DNA from: Clostridia bacterium
GTDB lineage: Bacteria; Bacillota; Clostridia; TANB77; CAG-508
Direction: 5' to 3'
NCBI GenBank assembly: GCA_900768805.1
Contig: CAAGEF010000115.1
Coordinates: 11,407 to 75,406, forward strand
Length of the DNA stretch: 64,000 nt
Shown in pieces: positions 30,418-41,138 of the stretch (the first letter of the stretch is position 1; each line of letters starts with the position of its first letter). The position numbers and the translations under genes are program-made. Below the pieces are notes generated by a model. It did not search any database. It was not told the origin of the DNA and saw only the letters and a program-made list of their open reading frames with translations.

Positions 30418-31701
30418 TTATGTAGTTATTACTTTATTCACATTTTCTGGTTTTAAAATATTACCAGCTAAATATGACTCTATTGTAAAAGGAATATCTA
30501 TTCCCAATACTTTTCTTTTATTATTTATATATTCTTCTAATTGTTCTGGTGTGTTATTAAGTGTCCCATATGTATTATGAAAAGAACCAGGAATTGAATG
30601 GTTATGACATTCTTTACATAATAAAATAGCATTATTATCTTCGTACCTTAAATCTTTATAAGTAGAGAAATTATATATGTGATGCATTTCTTTTATAATA
30701 TTCTTAGTCTTTCCACAACATTGACATGTATAAAAACATTTTTTATAATTTCGTTTTATCCATCTTTTATATTCAAGAGAATTTCTTTCTTTAACTCGTT
30801 CAGGTGTAATTCCACCTTTCCAATTATGATTGTTTTCTTTTGATATTTTACTTAACCATAAGCATCCACAAGATTGAATTTTTTCACTTTTTAAATGACT
30901 TGATAATATACTTTTATGTTTTGTACCACAATCACAATCACAAAACCAATATGTTCCTTGTCCTTGTTCTGTTCTTTCTTTATCTAATTCTTTAACAGTA
31001 AGATAATTAAACTTTTTACCAACTAAATTTTCAATGTTATAATGAGTTTCTTTTACGCATTTGTGACAATTAAAATTATATGTAACTGAATTATCTATTT
31101 CTCTTAAATAATCTTCATGCGAATTATTTTTACATTTCCACCATACTTTTTGTTTAGAATGAGAAGTATATTCATAGGGACTTTTTTTATTTTTATCTGA
31201 CCATATTGTTACAACTTCTGGATACAAATATCCTAATGAATTAGTTAAACATACACGTTTACCAGAACAATAAGGACAATTATGCGAATGACTAAAATTT
31301 GAAGCTAGTAAGTCATAATCTGGATGTGTATTATTATTTTGACATTTTAGCCAAATTTTTTTCTTTGATGAACCTTTTGATATTTCAAAAGGTGATATTT
31401 TATTTTTTTCTGACCAAATCGTTTTTAAATAAGTTTCTCCATAATTATCTATTATATATTGTCCAATAGAATTGCATTCTGGACATTCTATTTTAGTTCT
31501 TAAACTAGTTATATTATTCAAATTTTTTTGATAAGATTTATGAATATCTCTGTTACATTTAAACCAATATTTTAAGTTTGAACAATATGAAACTTGTTCA
31601 GGCTTTTCATTATTTAAATTATAATCCCATAATTTTAAATAATCTTGTTTATTATTTTCTAAACACCATTCATAAAAACTCTTATTTATTTTATTTTTCA
31701 T
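30418..31701 (-). CDS. free-standing HNH homing endonuclease with repeated Zn-ribbon DNA-binding modules
   Basis: C-terminal HHIYNFSTYKDLRYEDNNAILLCKECHNHSIP is an HNH motif. Three W..C..GH.W-type repeats (KYWFKCNRDIH, KIWLKCQNNNTH, KVWWKCKNNSH). The true start is probably M at 31701 (RBS GGAGG); the track's upstream extension is spurious. Confidence 0.6.
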   Translation of the reverse strand: MKNKINKSFYEWCLENNKQDYLKLWDYNLNNEKPEQVSYCSNLKYWFKCNRDIHKSYQKNLNNITSLRTKIECPECNSIGQYIIDNYGETYLKTIWSEKNKISPFEISKGSSKKKIWLKCQNNNTHPDYDLLASNFSHSHNCPYCSGKRVCLTNSLGYLYPEVVTIWSDKNKKSPYEYTSHSKQKVWWKCKNNSHEDYLREIDNSVTYNFNCHKCVKETHYNIENLVGKKFNYLTVKELDKERTEQGQGTYWFCDCDCGTKHKSILSSHLKSEKIQSCGCLWLSKISKENNHNWKGGITPERVKERNSLEYKRWIKRNYKKCFYTCQCCGKTKNIIKEMHHIYNFSTYKDLRYEDNNAILLCKECHNHSIPGSFHNTYGTLNNTPEQLEEYINNKRKVLGIDIPFTIESYLAGNILKPENVNKVITT

Positions 31702-31744
31702 ATATCCTCCGTAGATATTTATATTATTTCCGATACTTAAATAA

Positions 31745-31785
31745 AAATAGAAGAGATGTTCGGAATACATCTCTTCTCAATAAGA
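31745..31785 (-). terminator. rho-independent terminator after major tail gene region
   Basis: GAGAAGAGAUGU-AUUCCGAAC-AUCUCUUCU followed by a U-run on the minus strand. Confidence 0.55.
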
Positions 31786-32250
31786 ATAGCTAGTTCTTAT
31801 CTATCTATTTTTAAAAAGAGTAATAAGTTTTGACACTTATTACTCCTAATAGTTTTATTTATTCTTCATCATCGTCAGAAGCGATATAAATAGAATAAAG
31901 TTCCTTATCTGCGCTACAATACAGATTAAATACCCTCGATTTCTCGATATTTTATTAGGGTTTAGAGCACATCATCACCTTATTAATAAATAAGGGCAAG
32001 GCACTTCTGGTATACGAATTGCACGTATCCATACAGACTTCATAAACTAACTAGAGTTCGTATGTCTTGCTCGTTACACCTTCTAAAATGTCACCATTTT
32101 AGCTTGGCACTGGATTACCATTTTACAGGCTTCCCTGTTAGCATGAATATTAAGTAATCATTTCCTATTACAAACTATACGTTATTCACACACCCTATAT
32201 TTATAGGTTCACCTTGTTTATTTTTAATACATCGCTGTATTAGTGAACTA
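31786..32250 (-). other. ~470-nt structured non-coding tract (GC-richer) downstream of major tail gene
   Basis: No ORF of 60 aa or more on either strand. Stable hairpins (GGAUACG-UGCAAUU-CGUAU(A)CC; CAUAC...GUAUG enclosing GAACUCUAGUUAGUUUAUGAAGUC). GC well above flanks. Confidence 0.3.
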
Positions 32251-33006
32251 TCATGCAGCAAATAGAAAATTCACCTGAAGATCTCCCTTGTACTCAATTG
32301 TACTTTCAGTCGTAAGACCAATACTTACCTCTGGAGATACTTGGAATGAAGGCAGAACAATGTAGCAAGCACGAACTGTATCTGCACTACAAGGGTCTAC
32401 ACAAAGAGCTTTAAGAGTAAGCTTAACTGTTCCTGGGAACTTATCAGCTTTGTTACGAATTGCAACACCATCTTTAACAGCTCTATTGTATTTAACAACA
32501 TACTGAGTCTCATTTGCATCAGTAGGAGGAGTAAGTACACCTGCTGTTGTTAAACCAAATTCTGTATCAGAAGCACCAACAGCCTGTTCATAAGATTTGC
32601 CCATTGTACCATTAGTTGCTAATGCATTAACTTTAACTGTACCCTGTACATAATCTTTTAAAGTAACTGTAGCACCAGCTTTTACAGTAATAATTTTAGG
32701 CATAGTAATAGTAGCAGTATCAGAAGCTACTTCTTTACCAGAACCAGAAGCTTCACCGATTACGTTAAGATTTAACATAGCGTTAGTAGCAGTAAAAGTA
32801 CCTGCTTTGCCCTGCCAGAATTTCTTAATCAGTGTTCCGTCCTTGTCCTTTGCCTCTTTTGCTTCCGCAGAAATTTCAATAGTTGCTTCAGATAACTGAG
32901 TCAGAGTATAAAGTGGATTACCATCAAAATCTTCTGCAAGAGCCATCTGAATTCTGTCAATAATAAGGTCATCTAATTTAAATGCCATATTTGTTTCTCC
33001 TTTCAA
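32251..33006 (-). CDS. major tail protein
   Basis: 251 aa. Higher GC and Ala/Thr/Gly-rich beta-type composition typical of highly expressed siphovirus tube proteins. Position between the head-tail connector genes and chaperones. Confidence 0.5.
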   Translation of the reverse strand: MKGETNMAFKLDDLIIDRIQMALAEDFDGNPLYTLTQLSEATIEISAEAKEAKDKDGTLIKKFWQGKAGTFTATNAMLNLNVIGEASGSGKEVASDTATITMPKIITVKAGATVTLKDYVQGTVKVNALATNGTMGKSYEQAVGASDTEFGLTTAGVLTPPTDANETQYVVKYNRAVKDGVAIRNKADKFPGTVKLTLKALCVDPCSADTVRACYIVLPSFQVSPEVSIGLTTESTIEYKGDLQVNFLFAA

Positions 33007-33087
33007 ATTAATTTTTGAGTAGTTTAAATATAAAAATAAGAGAGTAAAAATTACTCTCTTTAAAGCGAAATTTTATTATTAAAATTT

Positions 33088-33945
33088 TTAAATACTTCTC
33101 ATAAAATTTAAAGCATTTTCATCTAATCCTTTAACATCAACCATGCCAGAATACATTCCTGACATAAGGGCAGTAGTACTTTCATAGATTTGTAATCTTT
33201 GTACACTGTCCATAAATTGAACAATACCTACTTCTTTTAAATCATTTAAGCTATATTTGAAGCCGGGATGATTAATACATGAAGATATTAAAGGTAATAA
33301 TATTGATTCAAAATGATTATCTTTTTTAGAATGTAATAACATCTTTTCTTCTTCGATAATAGATTCCTTTGTTGCTTTTCCTTTTGCTTTTTCAACTTTT
33401 GGATGAATATTAAACATTAATCGTAAATATTCAGATATACAGTGATAAGTCTGTTCTGAAATTTCCAAGTTTTGTTCTTTGTTATATAAAGTTATCTCTT
33501 GATTATCTTTCGTTTGTTTAGTACATAGTTCAAATAATTGAAAATCAACATCACCAAATAAAATAGAAGTAGATTCTTTATCTAATCTTTTAATAAGAAT
33601 ACAAAATAATTGATAATCTGAAATCTTATTCCAATCTATTCCTAAATTCCATAATTGTAATCTATAAGAAGTAGTATTAGAAACAAATGGATTTAGCATA
33701 ATATAAAATTTTTCTTCTTTATAATCCAATATATTTTTTATTGTAGGTTGAAAAATAGTTATATCATTTGTATCAGGACACTTGATTGTATATGGTTCAC
33801 CAAAGTACATTTGTAATTTATCAAAATTAAATTCGGTACTTTTAGAAGAAGTGGCAGTAGATTTGCTATTTTGATTTTTTATTTGATTTTCAATTTGTTT
33901 AAAATGGTTATTATTCAATTCATAATTAGAATTATTAATATCCAT
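33088..33945 (-). CDS. hypothetical protein (285 aa)
   Basis: Intact ORF in head-tail joining region. Confidence 0.3.
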   Translation of the reverse strand: MDINNSNYELNNNHFKQIENQIKNQNSKSTATSSKSTEFNFDKLQMYFGEPYTIKCPDTNDITIFQPTIKNILDYKEEKFYIMLNPFVSNTTSYRLQLWNLGIDWNKISDYQLFCILIKRLDKESTSILFGDVDFQLFELCTKQTKDNQEITLYNKEQNLEISEQTYHCISEYLRLMFNIHPKVEKAKGKATKESIIEEEKMLLHSKKDNHFESILLPLISSCINHPGFKYSLNDLKEVGIVQFMDSVQRLQIYESTTALMSGMYSGMVDVKGLDENALNFMRSI

Positions 33946-34519
33946 ATAATCCTTTATTAATTTTATTATTTATATTATTTGGAGTTGTAGTTTCATAAAT
34001 AAATTCTCTATAGTAATAACCATTTTCTGCAATTCTTCCTCGGTCAGAGATTTTTTCTAGATGAATGCCAAAAGCATTTGACCAATCAAATTCAGATTGA
34101 ATAATCATGGCTAATAAATCTTGCCTAGCCATTCCCCAATCTGTAATATAATCTTCTTCATGAGATACTGTTCTAAAGATAATATTTTTAATTATTAAAT
34201 CATCTCTATAACGTGGTTGTTCAATTTCATTAACTTCAAAGCATACAAAATTTTTTACTTTACTTTGTATTTCAGGAATTTTAAGAAAATTAAAGATGTT
34301 TACATTTCGATATGAATCACCATTTTCTGTATCTTTTAAGTTTGTATTATGTAAAGCAGAAAGTAAATCTGAATTTTTACATAACATATTTATAATTTTA
34401 TATTTATATCTTTCAATATCGTTATAAAAAAATCCTTTACCGTCTTGATGGCTTCTATTTATTATATCTTGCATCTCAGAAGATAGTTTCGGTTCTTTTT
34501 CTTTAATAACAAAACCCAT
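33935..34519 (-). CDS. hypothetical protein (194 aa)
   Basis: Intact ORF. Confidence 0.3.
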   Translation of the reverse strand: MGFVIKEKEPKLSSEMQDIINRSHQDGKGFFYNDIERYKYKIINMLCKNSDLLSALHNTNLKDTENGDSYRNVNIFNFLKIPEIQSKVKNFVCFEVNEIEQPRYRDDLIIKNIIFRTVSHEEDYITDWGMARQDLLAMIIQSEFDWSNAFGIHLEKISDRGRIAENGYYYREFIYETTTPNNINNKINKGLYGY

Positions 34520-35667
34520 TAAGCAACTACCTCCATTTCTACAAAATCATAATAAGTTTTATATTCATCATATATTTTTATAGTTACAATATATTTAATT
34601 AAGTCCTTATTAATAGCAGCGATAGTGAACATATTTTTATCAATAGATATATCAAAATAAGAACTTAATTCTGATAATCTATCAGTATAATCTTCATTAT
34701 CAATAAGGATATGCCATTTACAATTTTCATTAATATTTTCTATATTTGGAATAGCTTTAATTATTTGTGGTTGTCCATTAACATGCAATTTATTATTTAC
34801 TTTTGATAATTTCCATGTTAAAGAAGAATTTGTTATTTCTTCTGAAATTTCTATATCAGACTTTGTTGGTTTTATACTTGATTCAATAAAATTACAAATC
34901 ATATGTATATTAGAGTCATTAAAAAATTCTTCATCAACTCCACAAAAATCTGTATGTTCATTATAATGTGTTTGAGATAAAATGAATTTTGAAATTCCTA
35001 AAGGAAAAGTATCCATTGCTTTAGTAATTTCATAAGTCTTTGGATGTATTGTATTGTCAGTAATCATAAATCTTTTTCCATAATCAAGCTCTCTAATAAA
35101 ATCATTAGTTGGGACTATAAAAGAAGTCTGATTTTCTATACTAGTTACAAATCCGTCATTCCAAATGCCGGAGTTGTAATTATTTCTATCTCTAACACAT
35201 CCTAAACATTTTCGATATTTTTTATCCTTATCTAGCCATTCAAATAACCAATTACATTTTAAAACATTATATCTGTCAAAATCGCCTTTATCTTTTCCAA
35301 CGATAATCCATTTTTCAATAAGTTTAGTATTATCGTCTTGTATATCAATGTAATAACCAAGTCTATGTTTTTGATCAGATGAGTCATCAAAAATAATTTC
35401 AGGATTTATTCCTGGTCTAAATTGAATCATATATTCAACTTGATCTTTTTCAATTGTATATGTCTTTATTTTTAAAAATCTAAATTCAAGTTCTACAGGT
35501 TCATTATCTTTATAAATTTCTGACATATAACAATTATAAAGTTTACCTTTTCTATAAGTCGTAGAATTTGCGAATGTTTCATTCATTACCATATCCGCAG
35601 ACTCTTTAAATTGCTCTCCTATAATAGTAGAAGAGTAATGTTTTTGCATATTTTCAAAAGAAGGCAT
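34519..35667 (-). CDS. hypothetical protein (382 aa)
   Basis: Intact ORF. Confidence 0.3.
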   Translation of the reverse strand: MPSFENMQKHYSSTIIGEQFKESADMVMNETFANSTTYRKGKLYNCYMSEIYKDNEPVELEFRFLKIKTYTIEKDQVEYMIQFRPGINPEIIFDDSSDQKHRLGYYIDIQDDNTKLIEKWIIVGKDKGDFDRYNVLKCNWLFEWLDKDKKYRKCLGCVRDRNNYNSGIWNDGFVTSIENQTSFIVPTNDFIRELDYGKRFMITDNTIHPKTYEITKAMDTFPLGISKFILSQTHYNEHTDFCGVDEEFFNDSNIHMICNFIESSIKPTKSDIEISEEITNSSLTWKLSKVNNKLHVNGQPQIIKAIPNIENINENCKWHILIDNEDYTDRLSELSSYFDISIDKNMFTIAAINKDLIKYIVTIKIYDEYKTYYDFVEMEVVA

Positions 35668-35681
35668 AATTATTCCTCCTT

Positions 35682-36008
35682 TTAAATTTTCATAATTTCA
35701 GCACCAGCATCTAAAATTAATTTTCTATAAGTCTTAAAATCAAAATTAGGACTATTAAATTCAATTAAAGCTGCTTGTAATAAACTCATTGTAGTTACAA
35801 GTTCAGGTGGTTCTAATAATAATTCATTCATTCCACCCATTTTTAATAACAATCCCTTAAAACAGTCATTGATATCAACATCTTGATATTCATAAGCTGT
35901 TTGTTTATCTACACATAATAATAAAAAGAAAATACTTCCTCGTAATGATTTCTTAGTTTGTTCAATTTGTTTCTCTGAAAAATTTCCATATAAATGTTTA
36001 TAACTCAT
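35682..36008 (-). CDS. hypothetical protein (108 aa), head-tail connector-size
   Basis: Position and size only. Confidence 0.3.
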   Translation of the reverse strand: MSYKHLYGNFSEKQIEQTKKSLRGSIFFLLLCVDKQTAYEYQDVDINDCFKGLLLKMGGMNELLLEPPELVTTMSLLQAALIEFNSPNFDFKTYRKLILDAGAEIMKI

Positions 36009-36023
36009 AATTATTCTATCTTA

Positions 36024-36449
36024 TTAAATATTAATATATCCATAATCACGAACATATTTTTTGTGTTTACGTTCAAGTGATTCAAGACGTTCAATATTAA
36101 CTTTATAATTGGATTGAATTTTCTTTTCAGTACTTCCACCAATTACGACTGCCATATTAAGAGCTGAATCAATTTTTGGACGCATCCAGCATATTACAAA
36201 ACCATCAGAGAATAATTTTTTAACAAACTCATTATCAGATTCTTCATCTATTGAATTAACTAATTTAAAAGAAAATTCTTCGATTTCATCATTAAAATTA
36301 ATTTCAGAAAATACTTTTCTTACATAAGGAAATGCAATAATTTCTTTCATCCATTCACGCATTGTTTGACGTGCAAATTCTTTATCTTTATAAAATTCAG
36401 GATCGTATTTTTTCATATATGAACAAGAGTAAATATCTTCATATTCCAT
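36024..36449 (-). CDS. hypothetical protein (141 aa), head-tail connector-size
   Basis: Position and size only. Confidence 0.3.
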   Translation of the reverse strand: MEYEDIYSCSYMKKYDPEFYKDKEFARQTMREWMKEIIAFPYVRKVFSEINFNDEIEEFSFKLVNSIDEESDNEFVKKLFSDGFVICWMRPKIDSALNMAVVIGGSTEKKIQSNYKVNIERLESLERKHKKYVRDYGYINI

Positions 36450-36468
36450 AATTTACCCTCGCTTTCTT

Positions 36469-37200
36469 TTATAAAAATTCTTTCAGACAAGTACCAAGAA
36501 TATTATCAATAAAGGTAAGTTTCTGAATAGTAGGATAATTTTCATGCTTAATCATAGATAGAGCAGTAGTTTTAATAACTTCTTTTACTACATTAGGTGC
36601 TTTTGTAAGAAGCTCTTCGAATTTACTATCCGGTAAATCAAAAAACTCTTCTGGATATTCAGTACCTAAGAAATACTTATATGTATCTCCCAAATCCCTA
36701 CGCCACTGATAACATAAATCTGCATCTTCTATAATAATCTTAGGTTTAGTAATAAGGTCTGTTTTTCTAAGAGCTTGTAAATCTTTATATTTTAAATATT
36801 CAACATCACCATAATATTCCCAAGAATATACTGTTTGTTTATCAGCTCCAACCGTTACTAATTCCCAAGGAGTTACACTTCTGCATGGGATTTCATCATC
36901 AGGCTTAAAAGTTTTACTACTGATTCTTATATCTGATACTTTTTCCGTTTTATCATTTTTAATATTATTATTTGTAACTTCATTTTTTTCTGTTTCTGTT
37001 GAAATAACAAAATTTGCTTTAGCTATTTCAATCATTTCATCTGTCACTATTTGCATGTGACTTGATACTTTAAAACCTTTTTCTTTCAAAAAAGTAATTA
37101 AATCTTTATTTGTTATTCCTAATTCTTTTGATAAGTCATTAACTTTCATATTTTCCTTTTTCTCCTTTAAAAATGTGACGAGTATTAAAACTCGCCACAA
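36469..37200 (-). CDS. hypothetical protein (243 aa)
   Basis: Intact ORF directly after the capsid gene. Confidence 0.3.
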   Translation of the reverse strand: MWRVLILVTFLKEKKENMKVNDLSKELGITNKDLITFLKEKGFKVSSHMQIVTDEMIEIAKANFVISTETEKNEVTNNNIKNDKTEKVSDIRISSKTFKPDDEIPCRSVTPWELVTVGADKQTVYSWEYYGDVEYLKYKDLQALRKTDLITKPKIIIEDADLCYQWRRDLGDTYKYFLGTEYPEEFFDLPDSKFEELLTKAPNVVKEVIKTTALSMIKHENYPTIQKLTFIDNILGTCLKEFL

Positions 37201-37216
37201 TAATATTTTGAGTGTA

Positions 37217-37239
37217 ATTTTAATTATAATTAGTTTAAA
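37217..37239. repeat. recurrent intergenic motif copy
   Basis: ATTTTAATTATAATTAGTTTAAA, between the capsid stop and the next start. Confidence 0.45.
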
Positions 37240-38337
37240 TTATTTAATAATAATTTCACCAAATAATTCACTAATTACAATACCGATACCTTCTTTATAT
37301 CTGATATCTGCTGTAGCAGTCATATCCATTGCAGTACCGTCAAAACCTGACTCTGTATAAACAACGTCACCCTCATTAACTCTCTTAATGAATTTTTCGC
37401 CATTAACAGGTAAAATAAAGATTTTCTTGTTGTCTGCTTCAGAAAATACACTGTCACGAGTACCAGCCTTGTTTACTCTAGAAAGAGCAAGGCACTCATA
37501 ACCTTCCCAATTACCAAGCAAACCATTCTGCTGTTTTTCGTTCTTCATTGCGTCAGAGAACATATTATAATTAATAGTACTCTGTAACTTCTGAATAGCA
37601 GTTCTAGTACCAACTAAAAGTACATCCTTACCAGTAACAGCCTTTACAGCCTCAATCTTATCAATAATTTTATCCTTAGTAGCTTCTGTTACATCTGTTT
37701 CAATCTTCATATCAGTTGGAAGTGACTGATCAGCAGACATAAATGCTGTATAAAGAGCACTATAACGATACTCTTCAATAGACTTGTACATCTTATCTAC
37801 AAGAGTAGCGAAATCAATCTTTCCTAACTGGAAAAGTTCAAAATCTGTATATACACGAATAACATACCAAGATGTTTCAATAGTATAAGACTTACCTGGC
37901 TTAACAGACTGTCTCAAAATGTCATGATGATTTCCTGAGAACTTAGATACCTGTAACAAAGAATTATCTTCAACATAAAACTCGTTCTTATCACCATCTG
38001 CAAGATTAACTTCTTCAACATACTCCATAAAACGAGCGTTAGCAGCATTCCATCCTGACTGCATCTTATCTACGATTACATCTTCAATAAGTGAAGCAAC
38101 CTCTACGCCATGTGCTCTCCAAGCTTGTCTACGTTTCATAGGTGTAGCTTCCTTGAAGTTAATTCCCATAATTCTATCAAACTGATTTCTGATAATAGTG
38201 CTTGTTTCCTCTTTTGAATATTTATCATATACACCATGAGAAGCGTCTAAAGCAACTTCATTAAACTGAAGCATATTATCATAATTACTATCAAACTGTG
38301 CTATTGTATTAGCAGAAAAATATGTAATATCTCTCAT
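37240..38337 (-). CDS. major capsid protein candidate
   Basis: 365 aa. Elevated GC, strong RBS, position downstream of portal/scaffold-like genes. Loose resemblance to lambda gpE-type capsid proteins. Confidence 0.45.
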   Translation of the reverse strand: MRDITYFSANTIAQFDSNYDNMLQFNEVALDASHGVYDKYSKEETSTIIRNQFDRIMGINFKEATPMKRRQAWRAHGVEVASLIEDVIVDKMQSGWNAANARFMEYVEEVNLADGDKNEFYVEDNSLLQVSKFSGNHHDILRQSVKPGKSYTIETSWYVIRVYTDFELFQLGKIDFATLVDKMYKSIEEYRYSALYTAFMSADQSLPTDMKIETDVTEATKDKIIDKIEAVKAVTGKDVLLVGTRTAIQKLQSTINYNMFSDAMKNEKQQNGLLGNWEGYECLALSRVNKAGTRDSVFSEADNKKIFILPVNGEKFIKRVNEGDVVYTESGFDGTAMDMTATADIRYKEGIGIVISELFGEIIIK

Positions 38338-38369
38338 TAATTAATTTCCTCCTTTTGTTTTATTTATAA

Positions 38370-38930
38370 TTAAGCAACATTCTTATTCTGAAGAACCTGA
38401 ACACGTACAATTGTGTAGAATGTTCCTACTGAAATGCTATGAACTTTACCGATAAAACCATAAGCAGAAGCATCAGGAGCTTCAGTCTGTACTGTATAAG
38501 CACCATTACCATCTGGTACTACATAAGCATTTACTTTTACTTCTTCTTCATTGGTAAACTGATAACTAGCAACGCCAAAAATATCTTCTTCTACTAACTC
38601 GTAAGATTTAACTGGATTACCAGCAATATTTACATAGTTGTATTCCTGGCTCTGCTGTTTTGTAAAAGCGTCCTTAATTAAAGCAGGAGCACCAGTAATA
38701 GCTACTTTATCTGTAACTTTTGCTACAGTAGCTGCAACTTCCTGTAAGCCATTACCTGTAAAATCACCAATCTTAATAAGTACACCATTATCAACTTCGA
38801 TTTCTTTTCCTTTAGAATCTTTTACTAAAGCATCATAAATATGACCTGTCTGACTTGCCTTAATACGGCTTGATTCAAAAATTCCATGAAGCTTTGCTTC
38901 AATTGCTTTTAAATTTGTAAAAATAGCCAT
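38370..38930 (-). CDS. capsid decoration/head protein candidate (186 aa)
   Basis: Immediately precedes the capsid gene (as lambda D precedes E). Elevated GC, Ala/Val/Gly-rich. Confidence 0.3.
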   Translation of the reverse strand: MAIFTNLKAIEAKLHGIFESSRIKASQTGHIYDALVKDSKGKEIEVDNGVLIKIGDFTGNGLQEVAATVAKVTDKVAITGAPALIKDAFTKQQSQEYNYVNIAGNPVKSYELVEEDIFGVASYQFTNEEEVKVNAYVVPDGNGAYTVQTEAPDASAYGFIGKVHSISVGTFYTIVRVQVLQNKNVA

Positions 38931-39016
38931 GTTATATCCTCCTTATTTTCATTTTTAAATCTGTTATTTTTACTAAATAAAAAAGACTATTTAAAAATAA
39001 ATAGTCTGCAAAGTTA

Positions 39017-39040
39017 ATATTTAATTTTAATTAGTTTATT
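39017..39040. repeat. recurrent intergenic motif copy
   Basis: ATATTTAATTTTAATTAGTTTATT. Confidence 0.45.
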
Positions 39041-40808
39041 TGTTTTTATTAAGTAATCCATCTAAGAATGAATTATCTTTACTCTGTGAAGCAAAAGCAA
39101 AAGTAGTATGTTTCTTTTCCTCTGTCTTCTTTTCTGAATTTTCTTTTTTAAAAGAAAAAGTTTTGGTAGTCTTTACAAGCTTACCTAAAGCAGCATCAGC
39201 CTTTTCAGTAAGTTCTTCTTTACTGAATTTCTTAACTGTTTCTTTTTCCATTAAAGCTTTAAATTCATCTGTATCAAGATAATCTGTATAAGCCTCATCT
39301 TCAAATACAGTCATTTTATCAGCTATTTCATCAGCTTCCTTATAAGAATTTAATTCTGTCTGAATAGAAGAGTAATTAGTACGCATATCATTAAGCTGTG
39401 CAAATTCTGAATCTGTAAGTAATTCTTCATGAAGGGTATATCTTTCACCGTCAAGAGCAACAGTATTATCTTCATTCTTTACATACTTCTGACCATAAAT
39501 TTTGTTATTAAACCATCCCTGGAATACAAAATAGTCATCAAATACTGCACGAATATTATACCATTCATTGTCTAATTCTTCATATTGACCAAGTAGATTA
39601 TAAAGACCATATTTAATATCTTCATGTGATAGTGTAAATGATACAGAGAATTTCTTACCATCAACTTCAAAAGACTTTTCAATAGTTTCAAAAGTATCAG
39701 TCTCAATATTCTCATTTGAATTTATTTCATTATTATTTGAAGTTGTATTATCTGTAGAAGAATTATTTTCTTCATCAGTATTCTCAGTATTTTCATTATT
39801 TTCGCTATTCTCAGTATTTTCAACATTATTTGTATTATCAGAAGTTGATTCTGTATTAGAAGATTCCTCTTCTCCAAATAATTCAGCGAATTTTACTTCT
39901 AATTCTTCATCTGTTAATCCTTCAACATCAAAAGTAATATCTTCAGCAGTTTTATTATATTTTGTTAATAATTCATTAAATTTCATATTTTCGTTTTTTC
40001 CTCCTTCCTTAAATTCTGTTTGTTTTATATTGAAATTAGAAAGTGTGTTATTCAGATTCTCTAATGCTTCAATTAATTTTAAATTTGTATCAGTAGACAA
40101 ATTAGAAAACATAGAATTATTTTGTTTAAAATCTTTTAACGTGATATTGCTACCATACATTCCTTCCTCAATGGGCTTTTCTGTATATCTATCTTTACCT
40201 AAAATTGTAATACCTGAAAAATAGAAACGATTTATAATCATTTCTCTATCTTTAGGATTATAACTATAATCTAACAAAGCAAGCTCAACACTTACTTTTG
40301 ATTCTTTTTTTTCTTTAAGTATTTGTGCAGCTCTTGTATATTCTTCAAAAATAATTCCATCTACTTCAAGATATGTTTTGTCTTTATCTTTATCATAAAT
40401 TAAATGTGCATTTCCAGATTCAGGAATACATCCAACAGGAATTTCTTCATATTCGATTTCACCTTCATCATTAACAAACATTTCATGACCAGCAAAGTCA
40501 TAGCTACCGTCTGAAAGTTGATGAATAAAGCCTAAAATGGGTCGATTATAAATAGAAGATTTTGCTTCTTCCATTACAGACTGTTCAATGTTTGAATGAT
40601 TACGATTAGTTCCAATATGACAGCTCTTTAAGTGAGTCTTTAACAGAGAAATCTCTGGATCATAATCTTCTTCAGAAAATGTCATTGTTGCTTCTAACTG
40701 TACAACTACTGGCACATTATTATTCTTTTCAGCACTGTATGTAATAATATTTTTATGATTTGAATAATAGTCACATAAATCATCAAGAGTTAATAATTTG
40801 TTTTTCAT
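39036..40808 (-). CDS. scaffold/prohead-protease-like protein (590 aa)
   Basis: Between portal and capsid. Central acidic low-complexity tract (ENTENSENNENTENTDEENN...) and a coiled-coil C-terminus typical of scaffolding proteins. Confidence 0.3.
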   Translation of the reverse strand: MKNKLLTLDDLCDYYSNHKNIITYSAEKNNNVPVVVQLEATMTFSEEDYDPEISLLKTHLKSCHIGTNRNHSNIEQSVMEEAKSSIYNRPILGFIHQLSDGSYDFAGHEMFVNDEGEIEYEEIPVGCIPESGNAHLIYDKDKDKTYLEVDGIIFEEYTRAAQILKEKKESKVSVELALLDYSYNPKDREMIINRFYFSGITILGKDRYTEKPIEEGMYGSNITLKDFKQNNSMFSNLSTDTNLKLIEALENLNNTLSNFNIKQTEFKEGGKNENMKFNELLTKYNKTAEDITFDVEGLTDEELEVKFAELFGEEESSNTESTSDNTNNVENTENSENNENTENTDEENNSSTDNTTSNNNEINSNENIETDTFETIEKSFEVDGKKFSVSFTLSHEDIKYGLYNLLGQYEELDNEWYNIRAVFDDYFVFQGWFNNKIYGQKYVKNEDNTVALDGERYTLHEELLTDSEFAQLNDMRTNYSSIQTELNSYKEADEIADKMTVFEDEAYTDYLDTDEFKALMEKETVKKFSKEELTEKADAALGKLVKTTKTFSFKKENSEKKTEEKKHTTFAFASQSKDNSFLDGLLNKNK

Positions 40809-40896
40809 TTTTCCGTTTCTTCCTCCTTCCTTTTATATTTAAAATTTTTTAGCAATAAAAAATCCTCTTAAAAGAAGAGGAGAATTTTATATCAAT

Positions 40897-40918
40897 ATTT
40901 AATTTTAATTAGTATAAA
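40897..40918. repeat. recurrent intergenic motif copy
   Basis: ATTTAATTTTAATTAGTATAAA. Confidence 0.45.
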
Positions 40919-41138
40919 ATGAGTATTTTATGTTAAATGCATAATACATTAGTATATACACATTTATTTTTATCATTTTTATCAAATATAACTTTTCCAT
41001 TATTGATAAAACAAAAAGTAGAAGAGTGAGGTTCTGTTAATTCTGTATAACCTAATTTTCGTAAATGTTCTGCTGTTTCAGAATCACTAGTCTTTATAAA
41101 GTTATTCATTATTTATATTTTCTCCTTTTAATCATACT

